Below are positions 50,491 through 61,645 of a stretch of 64,000 bases of DNA, in pieces. Positions within the stretch are counted from its first letter, which is position 1; every line of letters begins with the position of its first letter. The stretch covers positions 743,712 to 807,711 of the forward strand of contig RDEW01000007.1 of the NCBI GenBank assembly GCA_011109175.1, written 5' to 3'. The notes under the pieces were generated by a model, which saw only the letters and a list, made by a program, of their open reading frames with translations, searched no databases and was not told where the DNA came from. The translations under genes were made by a program, and so were the position numbers. Source of the DNA: Dicyema japonicum (Eukaryota; Animalia; Dicyemida).

Positions 50491-51129
50491 TTAATCACAA
50501 AAAAGTCCATTTTTAGTTATTTTAAATTGAATTTGCTTATTTGTCTGTTTATTAGTAACTGTCAAGATTCCTTCATTAACAGAGGTCTCAACCGAGTGAG
50601 TAACCATTCTTCTCCAAACCCCACTAGCACTATGATAGTTCACCATTATTACTAAAAGCCCACTTCCAACGAGGGACCTTATTATAGACTCGGGGATTTT
50701 GGTTAGAGAGTCAATTATGAGTACTTCACCATTATTACTAAAAGCCCACTTCCAACGAGGGACCTTATTATAGACTCGGGGATTTTGGTTAGGGAGTCAA
50801 TTATGAGTACTTCAATGTCTGGTTTGATGAGAGTTAGTCGGTATAGACCAATAAGTTCATCGGAAGGGGACGTCGGCCTCAGAACTGAATTGCAGTCATT
50901 AGAACTGTTCGATATAAGAAGTGTTTTGATATTTCCGCAGTCTTTTATAATTTTACGAATGAAGAGAGATTTCCCACTGTTTGAAGGGCCACAAATCATT
51001 AATAAATTATAAGCTTGAAGTGGAGATTCGTTAAAGACTTCGGGACAGATATTTGACAAATCTGACGAATGAAGTACTCGTTGGAGTAACTAAAATTTTA
51101 ATATATTATACTTGACTCCCAGTTTCCAT
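50491..51129 (-). CDS. XRCC2: RAD51 paralog XRCC2-like, about 176 aa, interrupted by an 86-nt tandem duplication
   Basis: METGSQ|22-nt intron 51090-51111|LLQRV...NICPEVF matches the XRCC2 N-terminus (ESGTE|LLARL). It has Walker A GPSNSGKS, Walker B VLIIDSL and C-terminus WRRMVTH...FKITKNGLFCD. Confidence 0.8.
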
Positions 51130-51259
51130 TTATTCATAAAAAATATTTGACAACAAAAAATAATATTTTTCGGCGGCTAATATTTAAATAATTAATAAAA
51201 TTTAATAAAATAATTAAATTTTTTTTTCGACAACAATTTATTCAAATATATACATTATC

Positions 51260-53277
51260 ATGGAAGCCAACCTAATGCTTTCCGGCGATGTGAACCCAAA
51301 TCCTGGACCTCGAAAACCCATTATTTTGATTCAACTAAACATAAATGGAGTGAAACGAAAGATCCTCGAACTCAAAAACCTCTTAAAAGGTATAATACTG
51401 ACATTTGCCTACTCCAAGAAACAAGACTGACTCCGTCTTCTTCCACTCCCGTCTTCCCAAACTATCACGTTACAGGCGCGACCGCACAGCTGGGGGGTGA
51501 TGGACTGCTTACCCTTATCAAAAATGAAATTCCGTACGCAAACGAAACTTTTGTCAACCTCAAGTCTCCCGTCGAATATATTGGTATTTCAGTCAAGACA
51601 AGCATCGGAAACATAAACATGTTGAATGTGTATGTGCCATCGCTCAACTCATGCCCAAGGAATTCAGGTTCTCCCTGTCAGACATCGACAAATCAAAAAA
51701 TATGTTACTCTGTGGAAACCTAAATGCATAGCATCCGACATGGTTCGAGAACCAACTATGCGATGTCAGAGGAAACCAATTGTTATCGAATCTGGATGAC
51801 CTGATAATATTAAACAACTCTACATTCAATACAAGGACTCACTACAGAGCGAATGACAGGACATCGCCCCCCGATCTCACTCTTGCCTCACCAAACATCG
51901 CAACATTAACAAAATGGACAGTACTATACGAGACCAGCAGTGACCATAATCCCGTTATGATTACGTTTGAAGGAAGAGTGTCAATTGTAAAGAANCTCAC
52001 CAAACATCGCAACATTAACAAAATGGACAGTACTATACGAGACCAGCAGTGACCATATTCCCGTTATGATTACGTTTGAAGGAAGAGTGTCAATTGTAAA
52101 GAAACCTGTTTTATTTACCGACTACAAAAATGTCGACTGGAAAAAGTTCTCAAATTTAGTCGACGATTATCTACTTGACTTTCATTTATCCAATTTCAAC
52201 TCCATCGATAAAGCACTACACTATTTTAATGAGTGGTACGCGAGGGAATGGAAATTTGTATTAAAAGAAGGCCACTGACCATCAAGAAAGAATTCTTCCC
52301 CCAGAGCCGATCCACTCATAAAAGAAAGAAACTACCTAAAAAGCCTCAAAAAACAATCCTGGAAAACAAGATTGAGAATTCGTACATTAGAAAGAGAGAT
52401 CAGGAACAATGCAAAGAAGAAACAAGAGAAAGTTTGGAAAAACCTCATGTCCAATTTAAACAAGCAGAACTCCCTTACAAAAATGTGGAAAACACTTAGA
52501 AGCTTTAGTAACGCTGACAACCCGGCCACACGTGATGAAATGGAAAACAAGATCTTCCTAAACAAACTTATGAAGTACTACTTCTCCACGAGTTTCATCC
52601 CACACAAGAAATTCGAAGGTCCATCCATCCTAGCCCTCAAACCTAAAAGAGCCACCTCCCCGATTGTCCTCTCTGTGAGAACGTACAGAATATGGTCAAA
52701 AGTCGACTTATTCTTGTGGTCCGGATGGAATACCTACAATAGTTCTGAAAAACATAGGCCCCTATGCTATCATGGCCCTCAAAAAAATTTTCAACTTTTC
52801 AATCAACGAAAATTGTATTCCTTCCATATGGAAGCTATCAAACATACGACCAATTCTGAAACCCGGGCAACCAAAGGGATCACCAGCCTCATACAGACCA
52901 ATATCTCTCCTATGTGTTACATCAAAACTTTTGGAAAAGTTGATTCTTGAACTAATCAAACCATACCTTCCTGATGCACCTTTTCATCACGGATTCAGAA
53001 AAGGACACTCCACAGAAACGCATCTTACAAATTTCATCAAGGATGGACTAAAGCGCAAACCTCATCAGAAGTCTTTGTTATGCTCCATCGATATAGAAAA
53101 GGCTTTTGATACTGTCCCAAGAAAGTTTTTGACAAGGAAGATCTTTACGTCAAAAATTCCAGACAACCTGAAAATCTGGATTGCAAATTTCCTAAATGGA
53201 AGAAGAGGAAAAGTAACTGCTGGAAAAACTAGATCAGTGACCAAGTTTTTTCCAAATGGGGTCCCTCAAGGATCTTG
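51260..53277 (+). mobile_element. Ingi/Vingi-like LINE (2A-like motif, APE, RT), degenerate
   Basis: LMLSGDVNPNPGP, QLNING, LLQETR, PDLTL, SDHNP, SYRPISLL, DIEKAFD and NGVPQGS. Confidence 0.85.
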
Positions 53278-54736
53278 AGCTTTGGGTAAGATCGAACCTT
53301 CCCGGAAAAAATCCTCAGTCCATCTAAGAGAAAAGCATTTTACGGCTCTCCAGCTAAACATCAATGGAATTAAAGGAAAAATCAGAAGAACTCCGCTCAC
53401 TCCTGGCTTGTCAAAAGATTAACGTTGCGATGATTTAAGAGACCAAACTCTCTTTAAATGACCCTACCCCTACATTCCCAAGCTATCAGGAAAGACCGTA
53501 GAGAAAAAAGAGGTGGAGGTCTGCTCACTCTATTAAAAAAGAACTTGAAATGCAGAGAAATCTCCTCGGAAGTGAGGAAACTTGCTGGGGATGATGTAAC
53601 AGAAATAATTGGAATCTCGCTCGGGACAACGGAAGGAAGACTATTCCTTGTGAATATCTACGATCCGCCTCCTGGTTCTTGCCCGAAGAGCTATGATATG
53701 CCAAACATATCAAGACTGTCTTCATCATCTCCAGGGATTTGAATGCGAAGCATCCCTTATGGCTGTCAACTCAACTAGCTGACATGAGAGGGAAACTATT
53801 ATTATCGCAAACGGACTCCATAACGATATTGAATGATCCATCGATAAATACAAGGACACCACTGAGAGAGATAGATAAACTTACCTCACCGGACGTAACA
53901 CTCTGCTCATCGTCGCTTTCATCAAAAATTGATTGATCAGTCCTCTACGAAACAAGAAGCGACCATAATCCAATTGTGGTGAAGATCAAAAGAGAGGCCA
54001 ACGTGAGGAGAATTCCTAGCAGCTACAATTACAAAGGTGCTAACTGGAAATTGTATCGTGAAATCTCAGAAGATAAAATGAAGAATTGTTACTTGGATAG
54101 CTTCAGTTCTCTTGAGAATGTCATCATCTACTTTACCCAAATTATCTTGGAAGCAAGATCAAGGACTACAGTCTGACCTCAAAATGGGGCAGACCCAGGG
54201 GTGGGGCACCTTCGGATTTTGGGGCACCTTTTTTCAAATCAACATTTTGGCAGAATAAAATGAAAAATCAATAAAAAATTATGGAAATTTTGAGGCATCG
54301 TAAAATCATTTATTAACAATTTTTAAGATAATAAAATTATAATAAATTAATTATTTTTTGTTTTATTTTCAATTTTGTTGTGGTTATGGATTACGAAACT
54401 AAATTGAAAATTGCTAAAAAATTTGGATGGTTGTGCGAGAATCGATTAAATGCATGTTCCGAAAAGTCAGCAGTCACTCTATTTACTAAGAATAGAAAGA
54501 TGGGAACGCAAACAATTGATGTCACGTTAAATGGAGTACCTATACCACAAAAGAAATCGCAGAAGATACTGGGAGTAACTTTTGATACTTTCCTCTGCTT
54601 CTCAGCCCATGTGGAATCTATCATATCAACTTGTGCAAAGAAGATCAATTTTGTAAAGGCCTTCCTTTGGAACTGTGGAGGAATGTATCCGCCAGGTATC
54701 GGGACCCTCTACAAGCAGTATGTCGAGCCAACGATA

Positions 54737-55357
54737 NNNNNNNNNNNNNNNNNNNNNNNNNNNNNNNNNNNNNNNNNNNNNNNNNNNNNNNNNNNNNNNN
54801 NNNNNNNNNNNNNNNNNNNNNNNNNNNNNNNNNNNNNNNNNNNNNNNNNNNNNNNNNNNNNNNNNNNNNNNNNNNNNNNNNNNNNNNNNNNNNNNNNNNN
54901 NNNNNNNNNNNNNNNNNNNNNNNNNNNNNNNNNNNNNNNNNNNNNNNNNNNNNNNNNNNNNNNNNNNNNNNNNNNNNNNNNNNNNNNNNNNNNNNNNNNN
55001 NNNNNNNNNNNNNNNNNNNNNNNNNNNNNNNNNNNNNNNNNNNNNNNNNNNNNNNNNNNNNNNNNNNNNNNNNNNNNNNNNNNNNNNNNNNNNNNNNNNN
55101 NNNNNNNNNNNNNNNNNNNNNNNNNNNNNNNNNNNNNNNNNNNNNNNNNNNNNNNNNNNNNNNNNNNNNNNNNNNNNNNNNNNNNNNNNNNNNNNNNNNN
55201 NNNNNNNNNNNNNNNNNNNNNNNNNNNNNNNNNNNNNNNNNNNNNNNNNNNNNNNNNNNNNNNNNNNNNNNNNNNNNNNNNNNNNNNNNNNNNNNNNNNN
55301 NNNNNNNNNNNNNNNNNNNNNNNNNNNNNNNNNNNNNNNNNNNNNNNNNNNNNNNNN
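54737..55357. other. Assembly gap (621 N)
   Basis: Run of n characters. Confidence 1.
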
Positions 55358-55513
55358 TTCAAACTCTTTTTACTGATCGAAGTGATAAATAGACTTTCGT
55401 TCATAAAAACCTTGCGACTTCTCATATCTGTATTAGTTGATAACAAATCTAAAAAATTAAAATTTTAAAATATAGATTTACTTGTGTATTATTTATATAT
55501 ATAACTTGGACAT

Positions 55514-55587
55514 CATTTATGGGAATTGGGTCAACATTTATGGGAATTGGGTCAACATTTATGGGAATTGGGTCAACATTTATGGGA
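55514..55587. repeat. 21-bp tandem repeat, about 3.5 copies
   Basis: Unit CATTTATGGGAATTGGGTCAA. Confidence 0.95.
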
Positions 55588-55739
55588 TTGAGTGTATTAT
55601 TATTAATAAACCCCTAAATGGGGCACTTGGTGTATACCCAAACATTTCTTAAATTCGTCAAGGGAAGACGGCCTTGATTAAAGAAAGAAATCAGCTTAGA
55701 ACAAGAAATGACCCAGCGTCTTGTAGACCGATGTCACTA

Positions 55740-55836
55740 CAGTACGACCTCGGTTTGGGGCACCATTTTTATCATAGTGCCCCAAAAACCGAGGGTGGAC
55801 CATCCCTGGGGTCTGCCCCAAATCGGGGTCGTACTG
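55740..55836. mobile_element. Tigger/pogo-type MITE (97 bp) inserted in a LINE RT
   Basis: TIRs CAGTACGACCTCGGTTTGGGGCA and TGCCCCAAATCGGGGTCGTACTG with a TA duplication. A related end starts at 54169. Confidence 0.85.
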
Positions 55837-58681
55837 TACTATGTTCCATGACAAAAATCCTGGAGAGGCTTGTGCTCGGAAGAATAAAGGAATTTTTACC
55901 AGAGAAGACTTTTCAACATGGATGCAAAAATAAGAGATCCACGTCTACATACTTGCAAACATTGACCGACTTCATTCGAGTCGGATTCATAACCAAGCCG
56001 AGACACTATTCTATCGAGAAAAATATTTCAATCGGAGATCCCTGGGAAGCTAAAGCTTTGGATCACTAACTTCCTAAGTGGACGAAGGGGACGTGTTTGC
56101 CTCGGAGATCTGAAATCAATCTCACGGCTCCTCCCCAACGGAATCCCTCAAAGATCTCCTTTATCCCCTGCTCTGTTTAACCTCTTTCGGGCTGATCTCC
56201 CGACTCTTGAATCTGATAATGATGTTCGACTTGCCTAAGATATGATATTGTGTTGGCTTCGCAAGATCAGGACATCCAGAAGGCCGCAGAAACAATACAA
56301 ATTAACCTGGACAGACTTAATTCATGGATAATGGAAAACCGGCTCGTGGTGATTGCAGAGAAGTCATCTACGTCACTATTTACCTCTGACAAAAGATTGG
56401 GAAGGAAGACAGTCACCTTGAAGTTAAACAAGGTCGGCATCCCTTTTAACAGATGTCAAAGGATCTTGGGTGTGACAATTGATATGCATCTCTGTTTGAC
56501 ACGTGGAAAAGATTTTATTGAATTGAGAGAAGAAACTGAACGTATTTAAAAGTTTATCGGGAATATGGATAAGTGGTACTCACCCAGTCTTGATGAACGT
56601 GTACAAACAGTACATCGAGCCATGCTTCTCATATACATGCGCCTCGTGGGGACCAGTATTGACAAGAATCAAACACCACGTGATTTCACTCATCAGGTAG
56701 ATGTCATAATGGACCATTACGCAAAAGTGGGTCACATCGATATGAACAAATGCTCCCGTCTATGCAAATTGAAAAACGTTTAAACTCTTCAAAGGATTCA
56801 GTACGTCTGATGTCGAAAAACTCATCAAAAACGCCAAAAACTACATTTAAAGCAAATGTGAATGCAAGGACTCAAAGCAATAACAAACATAATTTCTGTG
56901 TCAATCAACAACTGCCGAATTCCTGCAATATGGAAAAATCTAAAATAATCCCAATCTTGAAGCCCAAGATAGATCCTTCGGATCCGAGATCTTTCAGACA
57001 AATTTCACTACTATCTGTAGAATCGAAAATTGTTGAACGTGTTGTATTGAAACTAATATCGGAGTATCTTCCCTTTCCTGATTTTCAACATGGCTTTCGT
57101 CCACAATACTCAACATCAACACATCTCTCTACCCTAACTCAATATATCGCTGATGGTTTTAACAATTATGATCATCCCAAACTGACTATCCTTTCATCAA
57201 TTGACCTAACCATGGTTTGATCGAACATCAAGGCGCCTAAGTAACAAAATTCTTGTATCTCAAATTTCTCCACGTCTTCAGAGCTGGCCAACAAATTTCC
57301 TCTCTGGAAGAATTGGTAGAGCTGAAATTATGTCATGTCTATCTCACTACCGACTCTTTCCAAATGGAGTTCCCCAAGACTCCGTTTTGTCACCCTCTTA
57401 TTCAACTTGCACCTAAGCGACATTCCAACCAATTCCAAGACACTTCTATTGATGCGGATGACCTGATTATTGCTTCTAAAGACATAGACGTTAACGAAGC
57501 AACGAAGGATGTTCAGAACCACTTGAACACTCTTGAAGAGTGGCTTGGAGCAAACCACTTATCCCCCTCTCCATCGAAATCCACCGTCACTGTATTCACG
57601 TCCAACCGCCGCCAACTAAATTTTCAACCAATTTTAACAATTCATGGACAAACACTCACCGCTACGAAACATCCCAAAATACTTGGAGTTGTTTATGACC
57701 AACTATTAACATTCTCTAAACATGTGGAGGATCATTGTACAATGGCCTCTCGCAAGATCAACCTACCTAAAGCTGTGTCAAGACATTCCCTTGGCCAAAG
57801 CAAAGAATCCCTAACCATCATATATAAACAATTCATTCGAACAACTATTAACTATGCAAGTCATTGCTGGTCAACCCCTGCCTTTCTTGCTTCTATTGAC
57901 AAACTACAAAATGTACAAACATCGCGCTCAGGACAATTACTGGATGTCTCAGATCAACTCACCTATTTGAATGTCAAATCACCTACAACGTTCCTCTACA
58001 ATGCCAGGACTGACCGATCCATGGGAGCGACCAACATCTTCTGCGTCCTACTTAATAGCTGCTGGCCTCCTACAAGTTAGTGAGGCTGGGGTTACTTAAC
58101 TAACTAACAGCAAATACTAACAAATAGTAAGGTTCCAACTGCAGAAGACAGTGTTATTTGCTGCATGCGATGGCATTTCCCAGGCGATGTGAAAATCATT
58201 TCAGTTTCCGGGATCCATGAACCGCGTCGCAACCGCATTCCCGATTTTGATGGATCCTTTACTATTCTTCCAACCGCTCCCGGGGTTTCGCCCATTTGTT
58301 TTCCTAACGATGGTGTCAAAAATGTTGAATCATTACGAAGCCGAAAAACTCCTATAAGGTTATGGTAATTATGCACTGGACGCATCCGTAGCTGATGGTT
58401 TGATGAATATTAGAATGATCTATCAGTTTCTACTGCTCAATGGACTGCAAACGTAAGCTTGGCGCTCATCCCGTAGCCACTACCGGGCAAACTAATAAAT
58501 AGTTGCTTGCAAGATAGAGAAGGTGGGTCTGTTGGTCACGATTGTCTGCAGTTTCCTTCATAAGACCACATGAAACCCAGGATATGAACAAGTCCACGGA
58601 AAACATGGATAAAGTAATAAATAATTACAACCATTAATATATTTAAAACAATAAATTTAAATACAATTATCTCGTGCTGTT

Positions 58682-59238
58682 ATGCTTATTCTCCGTCGAG
58701 CTGAAGTAATTTAATAATGACTGTGATAGGTCAACGACTTGCTTAAAATACAGCACTGTAATCTTCTGTGCCTCCCTGAGAACTATCAAATAAAGTACTA
58801 CATGTATCATCTCCTATCGTGGCCTCAGGCATGGTGGGTTGTCATTTCTTAGATTTCATACGTCGCGGAATCTGACGGAGAAATTGTCGGCTATTCTCTA
58901 GCCAAAATGTTATTGTTTTGGAAATAGTTTAGGGACGAGGAGACAATAAATCCACCACGTGGTCATATTACGTCCTTGGCAGTCCAAAGATCTCACAGGA
59001 AGTCAGGACTGGCTCGTAAACTGATGGAGTTGTCATCGCGTGCAATGGGTGAATCATTTGGCGCAAAGGAGTTAACTCTCCACGTGCGAATCACGAATAG
59101 AGCTGCTTTCAATTTATACAAAAATACTTTGGGCTTCGAGTTGGCTTATTTAGAAATTCTAGAGTGACTCATTTGGAGCCCAAATATTATGCTGACGGAG
59201 AGGACGCCTATTCGATGACGAAAAATATTTCTTGTTAA
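58682..59238 (+). CDS. NAA10: N-alpha-acetyltransferase 10 (ARD1), 5 exons
   Basis: Removing introns 58706-58729, 58829-58852 (GC-AG), 58909-58932 and 59140-59162 gives [32 protein letters not shown]...IVGYSLAKM...GHITSLAV...LHVR...[14 protein letters not shown]. Confidence 0.96.
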
Positions 59239-59998
59239 TTTCATTTTAATTTCCCGCCTTATAAATTCATTTGTAAATCTTACTTTATTTTCCCGCTTTG
59301 AATAATTTTAATGCTACTACGATTAATCCTTTACTTTTAGTGCTCTTTGGGAATCCCAGCCTATATTAAACAGCCACGTGTTCTTATTTTTGGAGGATTT
59401 GTAGAGGTGTGGCCCTCTGTTTTATTTGACCCTGTGACTTTAATGCTTCAATGAATGGAGGTTGGTATAGAAAGAGGAATGAATCTGACGTTCTTTTGGA
59501 TTACTAAAGAACGAAATTTCTTGTTTTGTTGAATGGAAGTGGAAACTCTCTACAGTCCACATAAAGTTGTGAGAATTCGTGCCAAACTCGGTACAATTAA
59601 CCTTCTGGTTAGGTTTAAATTTCGTTTATGGGGATAAAATGGTTTCAATTCTATAGACTTGGGAGACATTATTGTAGGAGGTGAAAATCACTAGGTCTTT
59701 TCACCGCAGTGAGATGAATTTTGACCAAAACTTATTTCATAGGTAGACTTGGGAGACATTATTGTAGGAGGTGAAAATCACTAGGTCTTTTCACCGCAGT
59801 GAGATGAATTTTGACCAAAACTTATTTCATAGGAAGAAGGTTTTATTTATTTACCCCCGTTCCCTTCAAGTGAAGAAAACCATTGACTAACTGGAAAGTC
59901 ACACCCAAGAACGGACGCTCCCAGAGATCCGCCAGGTGTATTTGATGTGGTGCAGGACTCGAAGACGGAAAAGTAACTAGAATTCTGGTCGTATAGAA

Positions 59999-60118
59999 CA
60001 GTGGTCCTCGACCTTTTTGTTGCCGAGAATTTTACCGCGATTTGGTGGTAGATTGTTTACTCGTACTAACAACAGCCCGGTATAAATTGGTCTACGGCCC
60101 ACTGGTTGGAGACCACTG
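59999..60118. mobile_element. hAT MITE (120 bp)
   Basis: TIRs CAGTGGTCCTCGACC and GGTTGGAGACCACTG, with 8-bp TSD GTATAGAA/GTCTAGAA (one mismatch). Confidence 0.8.
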
Positions 60119-61645
60119 GTCTAGAAGACAGAAAGAAAAATGTGTGAATGGAGATTGTCCGATTCTGTTCAAATAAGAATGTTAACATGGTGGTCGGTTT
60201 TTGTTTTAATTCACGAAAGTGGCGGGGATGTATGTGATTCACGTATCAGGAAAATTTCTGACCACACCAAAATAGTTATAATTTTATATCGTCCTTTTCA
60301 GAAGCAACCGAGAATTACACTTTCGTTGTCAGAATCATGGTTATTCCGGAATTAGGGGACAACAATAGTTATAATTTTATATCGTCCTTTTCAGAAGCAA
60401 CCGAGAATTACACTTTCGCTGTCAGAATCATGGTTATTCCGGAATTAGGGGACAACTCTAAACAACTGAGATAGTTTAGCGTCACATATTAGAAATGCTT
60501 CGATTCTCCTAGTTAGTTGAAGTTTAATTTACTCTGCTCCTTATGTTCTCTTGTTCTACTAGAGTAACTTCATACTATCCATCTGTCTCAGGATTAACTC
60601 CTGGGAGATCAATGCTAACGCTTGAATGCTCCAAGGTGATTCCCTATCTTTAATCTTTTTCCGTTTATCTGGAGGCTGTCAGTGTGATCTAGGATCAAAG
60701 TATACCCCCTCCTCAGTATCCAGAACTGACATATATTTGAGTAGTGGTAACTAAGGGAGAACTTGGAGGAGACAGATTTTGTAACAGTAAAGAAGACAGA
60801 TCTTGTAAGACTAAATCAAATGACGAAGGCTGAAGTTTAAAAGTTGGGATAATTACTTGGAGACCAAGAAGATGTACAAATAGGCAAATCCAAGCACTAT
60901 TAGCATCACAGAAACTACAATCGTAACGGGTGAGATACTTGCACGTGTCTTTAACTTTGATCACTACAATGAATATGTCTTTCTAGTGTTATTATACAGC
61001 TGTGGGACTTGGGGAATCAGCCAGAAACAAAATGAGAAACAAAAGCGTGAAAATGTGGGCTCAAGAAGGATCTACTTAATATGTGAGTCCCAGCCATGGA
61101 AAATGTGAAGTGGGAATTATTTGGATATAACATACCTTGAGTGCATTCGCTGATATCGGATATGAATCATACACACTCTCTGTCGCAGTTCGCGAGGTCC
61201 TAAGGAGCTAAAAATGAAGCTATAAGACTTATATGACATTCAAGAAAGGAATCTTCGAAGGAACCAAGATGATATCAGACTGACAGGATTTTCCGTATTG
61301 TTGTAAAAATGATCACTTTTCTCTTTTAGTTCTGATGTTCAATAAAAGAACAGTCATGGAGATAACCACTCAATGTTCTGTTAATTTCTGACTATTTTCT
61401 GCTTGATATTGAAATTCAATAAAATAAAATCGCTGCGACGTCTGACTACACTAAAAAGCCACGACTCACTTTTATTTAATAAAAATCATTAAAAAAATTA
61501 AATCCTTTCTGAATCCTCTAATAATAATAAATTAAAAAATAAAATGCGTGATATTAAATTATACTTATATCGATTTCCGCTCATCGGCCGTTATTCAGTG
61601 ATATCAGAATTCAGATCGTTCGAGGTTTAAATTATTTTAATTAAC

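Larger units (their letters stand above)
53278..58110 (+). mobile_element. Cluster of further same-strand LINE fragments of the same family
   Basis: Repeated APE motifs (QLNING, GGGLLTL, SDHNP) and RT motifs (QHGFRP, DADDL, KILGV). The cluster ends in stem GGCCTC/GAGGCT, GGGGTTA and a (TAAC)n tail at about 58065-58110. Confidence 0.85.

Noticed and set aside
54380-55468. Long ORFs spanning 54.4-55.5 kb
   Set aside because: They are artefacts of translating through the N gap.
55514-55587. CRISPR-like array
   Set aside because: The repeats are contiguous with no spacers, the context is eukaryotic and there are no cas genes.
59250-59960. Possible gene after two TTTCCCGC (E2F-like) motifs
   Set aside because: The frame from ATG 59311 stops early, and I could not build a recognisable spliced product.
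59655-60455. Two-copy tandem repeats of about 85-135 bp (also near 34270, 42520, 44070, 45650 and 50090)
   Set aside because: Always two copies with very few differences, most simply heterozygous bubbles or gap-closing artefacts. They cannot be treated as biology without reads.
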